Part shown: piece after piece, positions 1 to 7,536 of the stretch | How the letters are laid out: each line of letters opens with the position of its first letter | Numbering within the stretch: position 1 is the stretch's first letter | Source: a virus | Taxonomy: Duplodnaviria; Caudoviricetes | Virus record (IMG/VR): IMGVR_UViG_3300027769_000117 | Span: 1 to 25,517 of that record | Direction: 5' to 3' (one strand) | Length of the DNA: 25,517 bases | Translations under genes and position numbers: made by a program | Notes under the pieces: generated by a model | The model's input: only the letters and a program-made list of their open reading frames with translations | Told to the model about the DNA's origin: nothing | Database searches by the model: none

Positions 1-62
1 GGGGGGGGGGGGGGGGGTAAATTGTTGGCTTTTACTGCTTTATACTTGGCCTCCCGCGCCCT

Positions 63-1091
63 CTAAAGCGCCCAGAAAGCCAGCGCCTCTTTTTTCCGCA
101 CGGCGCGGGCATACCTTTCTCGAACCATCTTGGGCGAGGAATGCCCGAGGTAGTAAGCCGTCTTCCCCGCGTCCTGCCACGCCGCGTAATGCATCGAGGC
201 CGCCGTGTGCCTCAAACAATTCTGCGGCCACTCCTGCCACCCCATTTCGAGAGCCAGCGCCGTCCTCGCCCTCTTTATGTGATCCTCGTCTAGGCAATCC
301 CACTTTTTCGGAAGGTGCCGCTTGAGCGCCGGCAGGATCGGCACGAAGCGAGGCCGTGGCTCAGGGTCCGTGGATTTTGTTTGGGGGACGAAAATTTCGA
401 CCTCCTCGATGTGCTCCGGCAACGCCCTCCCGACCTCTGAGATTCGCATCCCACCAAAGACTCCGAGAACCAGCCATGCGCGCATTCGGTCACAATTTGA
501 AGTGAGGCCGATCAGCCTCTTCACCTGCGGCACCGTCAGCAAATGGTGGACCGGTGCCGCCTGCGGCCTCTCCGCCCGCTGCACCGGCGAACGATCCAGA
601 TGCTCGTATCGAACGAGCCAGTTGAAAAAGAGGCGCAGATAAACGAACCCCTGTTGCCGCGTCGTGCCGCTCCACTCCTTGCGCGCCAGAAACGCATCGA
701 TGTCTCGAGGCGAAACCGCCGCCAGCGGCATCCGCCCCTGCTCCTCCACATAGTGCCCAATCCACCACTGCACCAGCCGCGCATTGCTCCCCCGGAGCTT
801 CGGCAGGCGGAGCATCTGAAACTCACGCCACCCCTCGGACACCGTCTTGCCCGACTCCGCAAACGACTCCGTCCCCTTCGCCTGGAGCTGACGCAAAATT
901 TGATCCCGATAAGCCACCGCGCCCGCCGCCTCATCGAAGAAAGCCCGCTTCCGCTTCCCTGAGATTTTCGTCCACACGCAAAACTTTTCCACCCCCCGGA
1001 CCATCGCCCGCTGAATCGAAACGGTGCTGGTGTTGCTCTGCGTTGCTCCCCCTGTTGGCACCGTTGGCACGATGTTGGCTTTTTTAGGCAT
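63..1091 (-). CDS. int: Tyrosine recombinase (phage integrase)
   Basis: Catalytic motifs GMRISE (R), CLRHTAAS (xxxR box), LGHS (H) and RERY (Y); adjacent to a tRNA 3' fragment. The start may lie further downstream because the first codons overlap putative arm-type repeats. Confidence 0.95.
   Translation of the reverse strand: MPKKANIVPTVPTGGATQSNTSTVSIQRAMVRGVEKFCVWTKISGKRKRAFFDEAAGAVAYRDQILRQLQAKGTESFAESGKTVSEGWREFQMLRLPKLRGSNARLVQWWIGHYVEEQGRMPLAAVSPRDIDAFLARKEWSGTTRQQGFVYLRLFFNWLVRYEHLDRSPVQRAERPQAAPVHHLLTVPQVKRLIGLTSNCDRMRAWLVLGVFGGMRISEVGRALPEHIEEVEIFVPQTKSTDPEPRPRFVPILPALKRHLPKKWDCLDEDHIKRARTALALEMGWQEWPQNCLRHTAASMHYAAWQDAGKTAYYLGHSSPKMVRERYARAVRKKEALAFWAL
1054..1080. repeat. Putative integrase arm-type sites, int side (3 x GTTGGCAC/GTTGGCT)
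   Basis: GTTGGCAC at 1054 and 1063, GTTGGCT at 1074; the same motif recurs on the other side of the att core. Confidence 0.6.
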
Positions 1092-1127
1092 TTAGAGCAA
1101 TCAAGCGCAACGCAGAGAAACATCAAC

Positions 1128-1166
1128 AAAAAACCCGCAGAAGCACTGTAGAAGCGCCTCTGCGGG
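1128..1166 (-). terminator. Rho-independent terminator just 3' of the tRNA fragment
   Basis: Minus strand CCCGCAGAGGC-loop-GCTTCTGCGGG followed by TTTTTT. Confidence 0.8.
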
Positions 1167-1179
1167 CATTTAAGAAGAG

Positions 1180-1223
1180 AGCCGACGACGGGATTTGAAC
1201 CCGCGACCTATCGATTACGAATC
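1180..1223 (-). mobile_element. attP core: 3' half of tRNA-Thr(CGT), not a complete tRNA
   Basis: Minus strand GA-TTCGTAA-TCGAT-AGGTC-GCGGG-TTCAAAT-CCCGT-CGTCGGC-T gives anticodon loop CGT, variable loop, T arm and 3' acceptor strand. The D arm and 5' acceptor strand are absent. It lies next to the integrase. Confidence 0.88.
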
Positions 1224-1242
1224 TAAAAACGGCCTTTTATTT

Positions 1243-1548
1243 TCAACGCTTTACTGAGATGTTGGCACGGCGTTGGCTCACTGGCCGGAAAATAGCCACG
1301 CCGCGCACGCCGTTGGAGCACATGACGCGAATGATTTTTTTCTCAAAAGTTTTTTGGGTGGTCAGCGTTTTCATTTGAGAAAACACCGTTGCGAGCGATT
1401 GGCCGGATTCCTCGGCAATGCTGGCCACGGTTTTCCATCCTTCGGCTTCGTAGGCGGCCAAGTTGTCCGCTTTGGTTGACTCGTAGAAATCCGCCCAGGC
1501 GCTTTTTAGATCGGGAGCAGCCAGGGATTTCCCTTTTTTCGTTCGCAT
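1243..1548 (-). CDS. Small basic protein with possible (winged) HTH
   Basis: ATG at 1548; segment WKTVASIAEESGQSLATVFSQMKTL resembles an HTH; last gene of the operon before attP. Confidence 0.6.
   Translation of the reverse strand: MRTKKGKSLAAPDLKSAWADFYESTKADNLAAYEAEGWKTVASIAEESGQSLATVFSQMKTLTTQKTFEKKIIRVMCSNGVRGVAIFRPVSQRRANISVKR
1261..1278. repeat. Putative integrase arm-type sites, distal side (GTTGGCAC, GTTGGCT)
   Basis: GTTGGCAC at 1261 and GTTGGCT at 1272, matching the repeats at 1054-1080. Confidence 0.6.
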
Positions 1549-2237
1549 AAATTTACGGTAAGAGCGTTGTCGCAATAGTGGCCCCACGCGAAGCCTTGCG
1601 ACCACGCCAAGGTGGCTCTGCGCTCGGCGGCATACGGCATGTCGAAGTTGGCGAGCATACCGACGCAGTAGCCAGAGGCGCCGTCGATGTTGCGAGCGCG
1701 TTCCCAGCCGACGCGGTGGAGGTGGGCCATGACCACATTCCCGTAGGTCTCCGCGTGGTCCCTAATGGCGCTGACATTGAACATCGAGCCGTGGACGAAC
1801 TTCGTTCCGCCGAGTTCGACATAATTCCGGATGCCGTAGGGTGTGATCGGAGCGCGGAGTTTCTTGGCGGTCTCCTCGATTTTCTGGATTGTGAGGTTCG
1901 CGGCGTAGGCGAGGAGGGCGTTCGGGCTTTTGGAGAATTTCCAGAGTCTGGCTTCGTGGTTTCCGCAGAGGATTTGGTTGGGCTCTAGCTCGTGCAGGAA
2001 CTCGATGCCGGCCATGAGATCCCCGGCGACATCGGCGGCGTGGTCGGCGTCGTTGCTATCGCGCACGGCTCCGGCGCGGAAACTGGCGAGGTCGATGAAA
2101 TCGCCGAGGTGCAGGGTGGTGTGGGGCTTCCAGGCGCTTCTGAACCGAAGCACGGCGGCGCGGGCTTCGGGATCGATCTCAGCGCCATGCGAACACCCTA
2201 CAGCCATCCACTTTTTCCATTTCTTGATTGGTGTCAT
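1506..2237 (-). CDS. Calcineurin-like metallophosphoesterase
   Basis: Motifs GCSHG, LGDFID, GNHE, FVHG and AHLH; ATGA overlap with the upstream gene at 2234-2237. Confidence 0.88.
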   Translation of the reverse strand: MTPIKKWKKWMAVGCSHGAEIDPEARAAVLRFRSAWKPHTTLHLGDFIDLASFRAGAVRDSNDADHAADVAGDLMAGIEFLHELEPNQILCGNHEARLWKFSKSPNALLAYAANLTIQKIEETAKKLRAPITPYGIRNYVELGGTKFVHGSMFNVSAIRDHAETYGNVVMAHLHRVGWERARNIDGASGYCVGMLANFDMPYAAERRATLAWSQGFAWGHYCDNALTVNLCERKKGNPWLLPI

Positions 2238-2491
2238 GGGAGGTCGGGGATTTCGTTGTCCTTGCGAAGCTCCCACAAATAGGAGCGGACTTTTTCGAGG
2301 GTTGCGTCGCATCCTTTTTGCGTGACGCCTTCGTCGTCTCGCCATTCGCGGAACTCGCCGGCGCCATGTTTAAGGTAGGAGCGGATTTCGTTAAGAAGGT
2401 CGTCGATTATTAAAATGGCATCCATTCCTTTTACCGCCGCGATGTGCTCGGTGCGCTCGTCTGGCAAGGTGAACTCCAGCGTGGCCTTCAA
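2234..2491 (-). CDS. Hypothetical phage protein (MKATLEFTLPDE...)
   Basis: TTG start overlapping the upstream stop (TTGA) and ATGA overlap downstream. Confidence 0.7.
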   Translation of the reverse strand: MKATLEFTLPDERTEHIAAVKGMDAILIIDDLLNEIRSYLKHGAGEFREWRDDEGVTQKGCDATLEKVRSYLWELRKDNEIPDLP

Positions 2492-2739
2492 GCGGTTTCC
2501 TCCTCGTCGTCCTCTTCCTCTTCGTCCTCGAGCGGCCAAAGAATTTCTTCGGCTTCGCGGGCGAGGTTACGGGCGGCGTGAGAGTTGCCGAATTTGAAAT
2601 CCATGTCGTAGGTCGTGCCCTGGTCTTCCCAGCTCACCACGCAAACGCCGACCTCAAAATGCTCGGCGAGGGTTTGCCGGACTTGCAGGAGGATAGCCTC
2701 GCGGTCTTTGGGCAGGGGGGTTTTGGATTTGCGGCTCAT
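2488..2739 (-). CDS. Hypothetical protein with acidic C-terminus
   Basis: ATGA-coupled to the endolysin stop; ends EDEEEEDDEEETA. Confidence 0.7.
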   Translation of the reverse strand: MSRKSKTPLPKDREAILLQVRQTLAEHFEVGVCVVSWEDQGTTYDMDFKFGNSHAARNLAREAEEILWPLEDEEEEDDEEETA

Positions 2740-3251
2740 GCGGCGGGGCGGAGGCGGATGAAATTTCTGGCGATGGATTTTGGCCGGGTCTTGCGCCACA
2801 CGCCGTCGCCGGTGGCGCTGTCGCGGTCGCCTCGGCCGTTGGTGTTGCCTTCGATCGTGAGGAGCTGGCCTGCGCCGGTGTCGTATTCGACGATGCCGAC
2901 ATGCGAGAAATCGAAGACGACGATGTCTCCGGCTTGGGCGCGGACATCTTCTGGCAGGATGAGGGTGGTTTTGGGGCGAGATTTTGCCCAGTCGAGGAAG
3001 CCGTAGGCGAGGGCTGTCTTAGGCCGCCATTCCTCGGGCGTGCTGGCTTGGAGGTTTAGCCAGGAGATGGCTGTGGGCTTGGCGAGCCATTCGCGTAGTA
3101 TCCAATCAACAAAAGCGGCGCACCAAGGCCACGCGCCGGGCTTGAGATCCGTGGCTTTTTGAAATTCGCGGACCTTCGCGCCGCAGTTGTTGCCGCCTTC
3201 CTCGCGGACTCCGACTTGCGCGGCGGCGATGTCCACGAGGAGCGATGTCAT
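2736..3251 (-). CDS. Endolysin, CHAP-domain amidase/peptidase
   Basis: PWCAAFV (catalytic Cys), FSHVGIV (His) and TIEGNT motifs; in the lysis cassette. Confidence 0.88.
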   Translation of the reverse strand: MTSLLVDIAAAQVGVREEGGNNCGAKVREFQKATDLKPGAWPWCAAFVDWILREWLAKPTAISWLNLQASTPEEWRPKTALAYGFLDWAKSRPKTTLILPEDVRAQAGDIVVFDFSHVGIVEYDTGAGQLLTIEGNTNGRGDRDSATGDGVWRKTRPKSIARNFIRLRPAA

Positions 3252-3406
3252 TTCTTTTTCGGCGCGGGCTTTTTTTTCGCGGCAACTATTCGGGATTTCC
3301 TAATAGTTGGCTTTTTAGCGCGGGGCTTGCGGAGTGGCTTTAGCGCTGGCTCGGCGTGCGGAATCGCGGCGGGGAACATCCGGCGTAAAAAATCGAAAAT
3401 GTGCAT
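3248..3406 (-). CDS. 52-aa Lys/Pro/Ala-rich basic protein (not in ORF track)
   Basis: Manual translation MHIFDFLRRMFPAAIPHAEPALKPLRKPRAKKPTIRKSRIVAAKKKPAPKKK; TGATG and ATGA overlaps with both neighbours. Confidence 0.7.
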   Translation of the reverse strand: MHIFDFLRRMFPAAIPHAEPALKPLRKPRAKKPTIRKSRIVAAKKKPAPKKK

Positions 3407-3573
3407 CACTTGTCGCGGAGGGTGCGGCTGGGGATTTCGGGGAGCTGATAGGTGAAACGGCCGTAGTCTGTCTCGAGCGAGACGCCGATGGTTTCGCAGC
3501 CGGTGAGGAAGGCGAGGGCGAGGAATATCCAGCCGAGGAGGACCATCAGCGCGGCGACTTTTGCGGGCGTCAT
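3406..3573 (-). CDS. 55-aa lipoprotein, possible o-spanin (not in ORF track)
   Basis: MTPAKVAALMVLLGWIFLALAFLTG-CETIG...: signal peptide with lipobox LTGC; ATGA-coupled to the holin. Confidence 0.7.
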   Translation of the reverse strand: MTPAKVAALMVLLGWIFLALAFLTGCETIGVSLETDYGRFTYQLPEIPSRTLRDK

Positions 3574-3734
3574 TTCTCTTTCCGGAAAACCTCGATGAGT
3601 CCGATGACGGCGATCACGCCTGCGGTGATGGCGTTGACCGCTTCGGGGTCGAGGTTGATTCCTGCCAGGCCGAGGAGAATGGCGACGCCACGGATGGTGC
3701 TCGGTTCTTTGAGCTTGGAGAGGAGTGCTTTCAT
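3570..3734 (-). CDS. Holin, 54 aa with two hydrophobic segments (not in ORF track)
   Basis: MKALLSKLKEPSTIRGVAILLGLAGINLDPEAVNAITAGVIAVIGLIEVFRKEK; basic C-terminus; upstream of the endolysin. Confidence 0.72.
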   Translation of the reverse strand: MKALLSKLKEPSTIRGVAILLGLAGINLDPEAVNAITAGVIAVIGLIEVFRKEK

Positions 3735-3758
3735 CTCCCTTCTCCGCATGTCAAAGCC

Positions 3759-4028
3759 TCACGGGCGATTGGCGAGGATTTGCTCGATGCGCTTGGTGCG
3801 TTCGTCGATGCGGGCCAAAGTCTCGGCGCGGTCGGCGGCGGTGGCTTCGATCTTTTGCAGTCGCTGCTCCTGCTTTTCGTTCTCCACCTCCACTCGGGAG
3901 ACTTTTTCGGGTAAAATCCACCAGGCTTGAGAGGCTGAGAAGACGGTTGCCACCAGGGCGAGCGCGGCGATGAACTCGCCGACGCTCATTTTTAATCCTG
4001 GTCTGTTTCGGACGATCTCGCTGCTCAT
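3759..4028 (-). CDS. Membrane-anchored coiled-coil protein (lysis accessory; i-spanin or antiholin-like)
   Basis: N-terminal hydrophobic helix followed by a heptad-rich charged segment; adjacent to the holin. Confidence 0.55.
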   Translation of the reverse strand: MSSEIVRNRPGLKMSVGEFIAALALVATVFSASQAWWILPEKVSRVEVENEKQEQRLQKIEATAADRAETLARIDERTKRIEQILANRP

Positions 4029-5308
4029 TAGCTTTGCGACTGAGCTAGAAGCGTTCCGACGATGTTCGTGGTGGCCACATTGGCGAGGCGGTCGGTGTTC
4101 AACAGATCCGTCTTCGCCTTGATGGCTGCGATGTTGGCCGATGGGATGTCGCCGGTTGCTGCGGGCGAGGCGGGCAGGTTGTCGGTTTTGGATTTGATTG
4201 CGCTGATGTCGCTGTTGGCTGGCGCGGTGTAGGAGCTGCTGGCGAGGCGGGTGCTGACTGCGGCATCCACTCGGCCCAGCTCGGTGCTGAGTTCGGTGCG
4301 GACGGCGCTTGCGTTTTGCGCGGCTGTAGGCGGCGTGGTCGGTGCGGTGTAGCTGGCCGAGGCGAGGCGTGTCGAGACGGCGGCGTCGATGCGGCCGAGT
4401 TCGGTGCCGAGTTCGGTGCGGACTGCACCGGCGACCGTGGAGGCCGATGGGGCCGAGGTGGTCGGGATGTTGTCGAGTTTGCCACCAGTGCGCTCGAGGT
4501 CGGCGCGGACGGCCGCGACGAGCGAGACTTCGCTGAGGTTCGTGTTGCCGATGGCGCCGACGATGGCGTTGAGGAGTTGCTGGCCGTCGCCTTCGTTGAG
4601 GAGCGAGCCTTCCACGGCTGTGGCGATCTGTGCCGCTGTGGGCGGGGTTGTCGGCGCTGTGTAGGCGCTGCCTGCGAGACGCGAGGACACGGAGGCATCC
4701 AAGCGACCCAACTCCACGGCCAGCTCCGAGCGGATGTCGGCCACGCTTGGGGCTGATGTAGGGGCGGTATAGTCTGCATCGGCCAACCGGCTGGACACGG
4801 AGGCGTCGAGATTGGCGAGCTTGGTGCTGTTCGCATCGAGTTCGGTGCGGATGTCCACAACGCTCGGCGCGGCGCTCGGGGCCACATAGTCAGCGGCGGC
4901 GAGCCTGCTTGAGATGTTTTGATCCACCCGGCCAAGCTCCACCGAAAGCTCGGTGCGCACCTGGCTGGCAATGGCGCTGGCAGATGGCACCGTTGGCGCG
5001 TTGGTGAGGGTCGTGGTGGTGGCGCAGAGGGTGACATTGGCCACGGTGTCGGTGGAGGGGTTGAAGGTGCTGGCGGGGACTTCGGCGGTGCCGGACCACA
5101 CGATGCTGCCGCTGCCGACATTGGCTCCGGCGCTGCGGAAGGCGAGTTGGTAGGTGCCTGCGCTGCCGGTCATGGTGCCAGAGTAGAATCCGCTGCTGCC
5201 GACTTCGGTGAGCGAGATGGCGGAGCCGACGGCAGAGCCGGATTGGTAGGGTTGCGCGGTGACGGTGAGGCCGCTGGTGGGCAGGGCGATGTTGAGTTCG
5301 TTGGCCAT
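4028..5308 (-). CDS. Virion fibre-like protein with five ~36-40-aa internal repeats
   Basis: Repeats of (V/I)R(T/S)ELxxELGR(V/L/I)DA(A/S)VS(S/T)RLAxxxY(T/V)AP; Ala/Ser/Thr-rich; end of the fibre cluster. Confidence 0.7.
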   Translation of the reverse strand: MANELNIALPTSGLTVTAQPYQSGSAVGSAISLTEVGSSGFYSGTMTGSAGTYQLAFRSAGANVGSGSIVWSGTAEVPASTFNPSTDTVANVTLCATTTTLTNAPTVPSASAIASQVRTELSVELGRVDQNISSRLAAADYVAPSAAPSVVDIRTELDANSTKLANLDASVSSRLADADYTAPTSAPSVADIRSELAVELGRLDASVSSRLAGSAYTAPTTPPTAAQIATAVEGSLLNEGDGQQLLNAIVGAIGNTNLSEVSLVAAVRADLERTGGKLDNIPTTSAPSASTVAGAVRTELGTELGRIDAAVSTRLASASYTAPTTPPTAAQNASAVRTELSTELGRVDAAVSTRLASSSYTAPANSDISAIKSKTDNLPASPAATGDIPSANIAAIKAKTDLLNTDRLANVATTNIVGTLLAQSQS

Positions 5309-5312
5309 GGGA

Positions 5313-5729
5313 TTAGGAGTTTAGAGTGGTGAGTGTTTCGGTGAGGGTGTCCTCGAAGGAGTGTGGCGCGGCGGGCCAGTTGCTGGCGGCGGGGGCGAGG
5401 CCGGAGGCGATCATGCCATCGAGCCAGCCTTGCACGGCGTTGAGCTTGGGCGAGGATTTCGCGGCGGCGTCGAGGCGCATTTTTTGATAAAGGAGCGTGG
5501 TGCTGCGGTTGCCGCCGTAGCCTTGCTCGGCGGTCCACTCCTCGGCGGTGTAGACAGGAGCGGCGGGCGTGATCCATTGGCCGTTGCCCCATGTGGCGTT
5601 GTCGCTGGGCTTGGCTGGGAGCGGGGCGTAGTCGGCGGCTTTGGGGTTGCCGTTCGCGGCCCATGCGGCGAGCGTTTCGGGCGCGAGGGTGACGACTTCG
5701 TTTGTGGTGAGGTTGTAGTGGTTAGGCAT
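5313..5729 (-). CDS. Hypothetical protein, possible tail-fibre assembly chaperone
   Basis: ATG at 5729 overlapping the upstream stop; PAKPSDNATWGNGQW resembles the Pro/Trp motif of fibre-assembly proteins. Confidence 0.5.
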   Translation of the reverse strand: MPNHYNLTTNEVVTLAPETLAAWAANGNPKAADYAPLPAKPSDNATWGNGQWITPAAPVYTAEEWTAEQGYGGNRSTTLLYQKMRLDAAAKSSPKLNAVQGWLDGMIASGLAPAASNWPAAPHSFEDTLTETLTTLNS

Positions 5730-6363
5730 AAACGCGGGGATGGTTGGCGACGGTTGCGCCGTTGTTGTTTGTGATCGTAAGCCCGCCCTTTTGGTCAACG
5801 AGGTCGCGGATGAGCGGGGCGTAGAAGACGAGGGACTGCGGGCGGATTTTGTCGCAGGTCATGCCATTTGCGAGGGAGGCGACTTCGGCGGCGGTGAGGG
5901 CGGCATTCCAGATGCCAACTTCGGCTAAGCGACCATCCAAAAATAGACCTGGCGTTCCGGCTGCTGTTCTAAATGCAATTTCAACTTTATTTAACCCGCT
6001 TGGTGTTGTTGTTGTTGTGCTTGTTGCAGGATTTGCTGCATTCAAATAAACGGTTCTCGAATTATTTGCGCTAAATACACCGCACGCGTGTTGCCAGGTA
6101 TTAACCGAAAAACCCGTGGTTGTATCTGATTGGGAGCTACTGCTGGAAGATTGAACAAATGCTCTAATAGGATCTCCAGCTAACCCGCCGAGCGCAGCCA
6201 ACCCAAAACGATTGTTCTCCGAGCCATCGTTTATCTGAAAAAGATTGTAATTTGCCGTGATGGCGTCTGGGAAAAACCAGCAGGCCAAAGTTAGCGGAAC
6301 TGCTGTGGCTGGCGCAGATACCACACTCAAATACTGATTTGTTCCGTTGAAATCGTAAGCCAT
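5722..6363 (-). CDS. LamG/concanavalin A-like lectin domain protein (putative receptor binding)
   Basis: AYDFNGTNQYL, TLACW, NTWQHACGVF, TVYLN and FLDGRLAEVGIWNAALTAAEVASL are typical LamG-3 motifs. Confidence 0.85.
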   Translation of the reverse strand: MAYDFNGTNQYLSVVSAPATAVPLTLACWFFPDAITANYNLFQINDGSENNRFGLAALGGLAGDPIRAFVQSSSSSSQSDTTTGFSVNTWQHACGVFSANNSRTVYLNAANPATSTTTTTPSGLNKVEIAFRTAAGTPGLFLDGRLAEVGIWNAALTAAEVASLANGMTCDKIRPQSLVFYAPLIRDLVDQKGGLTITNNNGATVANHPRVYA

Positions 6364-6367
6364 ACAA

Positions 6368-7078
6368 TTACGCAACTTGTTGCAGCTCGACGGCGATCAG
6401 CTCGGCGTCTCCGGTCATGGTATCGTTGGTGGCGTCGTCGGCGTCGCGGTAGATTTTGATGCGGAAGGTGTCGCCGACGACGAGGGAATCAATGGAGGTG
6501 GCGGTGATTTCGGCGATGGTGACTATTCCTGAGGTGCCGTTTGCGGCAGAGGTGACGAAGGCGGATGTGTCGAAGCTGTCTGCGTCGAGGTCGGTGTTGC
6601 AACGCATGAGCTGCACGCCCCATCGGACATTGCCGCTTGTGGCGGTGGTGGCCATCCATGCGAGGCGGATTTTGAGGCCACTGGAAAGATCGGCGTAGTC
6701 GGGAATGACGCCGCTGAAAATCGCGGCTTCGTCAGTCGCGGCGTCGAAATCGAGGACGGCGATGGAGTTTCGCGTGTCCAAGGTCGCGAAGGCGGTGGCG
6801 GGGGGTTGGTTGTCCTTCGCGGCGGTGAATCGGGCGAGGGTTTTTGAGGCGAGGTAATTTTGCGTGCCTGTCGAGGCATTCAGCGTGGTGCCGGTGATGC
6901 TGAGTGCGGTGCCGAGTTCGAGGTGTGTGAGTTTGCCTGCGGAGTCGTCCCAGAAGAGTAGCTTGTCGGCTCCGGCGTCAGCGGCGGAGATGGCTCCGTC
7001 TGTGGCTGTCAGTGCGTCGGCGGCGGTTGTGTCAATGGAGACGCTGTCGCCTGCGGCGAGGATTGGTGTTGCGATCAT
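6368..7078 (-). CDS. Fibre-associated structural protein
   Basis: 236-aa ORF in the fibre cluster; N-terminal ADKLLFWDDSAG linker and beta-rich C-terminal domain. Confidence 0.6.
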   Translation of the reverse strand: MIATPILAAGDSVSIDTTAADALTATDGAISAADAGADKLLFWDDSAGKLTHLELGTALSITGTTLNASTGTQNYLASKTLARFTAAKDNQPPATAFATLDTRNSIAVLDFDAATDEAAIFSGVIPDYADLSSGLKIRLAWMATTATSGNVRWGVQLMRCNTDLDADSFDTSAFVTSAANGTSGIVTIAEITATSIDSLVVGDTFRIKIYRDADDATNDTMTGDAELIAVELQQVA

Positions 7079-7081
7079 GTT

Positions 7082-7450
7082 TTAAGAAAATTGGAGTGTG
7101 GTTCGAGAATTCCACGCGCCTGTTGCTGAGGCTTCGGTGCTGGAGTTACCGTCTGCGCTGAAAGTGGTGCGGGAGATTTCCCAGTCGGGGGCGTCGTAGA
7201 TCGAGCCGGTGGACGGCACATCCGAATACAGGAGATATCCGAGGTAGGTGGTGTCGCCGTTGCTGTCGAAAACGAAAACGCGGTCGGGGGCTTCGCCTGC
7301 GCCGGCGAGGCGATAGATTTCGCCTGTCGCGGGATTGCGCGAGTAAAGGCGGCGGTCGGCGTGGTTGATGGCGATCTCACCGAGGGCGAGAGTGGGCGGA
7401 ACTGCTCCGCTCTGGACCGACTTTTTCGGGATGATTGTGGGATTTGGCAT
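7082..7450 (-). CDS. Small fibre adaptor-like protein (Mtd N-terminal-like plus shared C-terminal module)
   Basis: N-terminus IIPKKS..PTLALGEIAINHADRRLY resembles 7537..8451; C-terminus resembles that of 8726..10105. Confidence 0.65.
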   Translation of the reverse strand: MPNPTIIPKKSVQSGAVPPTLALGEIAINHADRRLYSRNPATGEIYRLAGAGEAPDRVFVFDSNGDTTYLGYLLYSDVPSTGSIYDAPDWEISRTTFSADGNSSTEASATGAWNSRTTLQFS

Positions 7451-7493
7451 TGGCCTGATTTATTCAGCGGAGATTTTAGGCTCCCCCCGCTTG

Positions 7494-7519
7494 GCGAGGC
7501 GGCATGGGCCGCCCCGCCG
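7494..7519 (-). other. GC-rich intergenic hairpin without U-tract
   Basis: Minus strand GGCGGGGCGGC-CCAT-GCCGCCTCGCC. Confidence 0.55.
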
Positions 7520-7536
7520 GGGAGTGGGTTGCGGGA

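Noticed and set aside
1-17. 17-nt poly-G run at the window start (possible G-quadruplex or phase-variable tract)
   Set aside because: A terminal homopolymer G run is a typical two-colour sequencing or assembly artefact and has no supporting context.
1180-1260. Complete tRNA-Thr gene
   Set aside because: Only the anticodon loop to 3' end is present; upstream sequence cannot form the D arm or 5' acceptor strand.
4099-5121. Pro/Ser-rich 340-aa alternative-frame ORF
   Set aside because: Off-frame read of the repeat protein gene, caused by codon bias.
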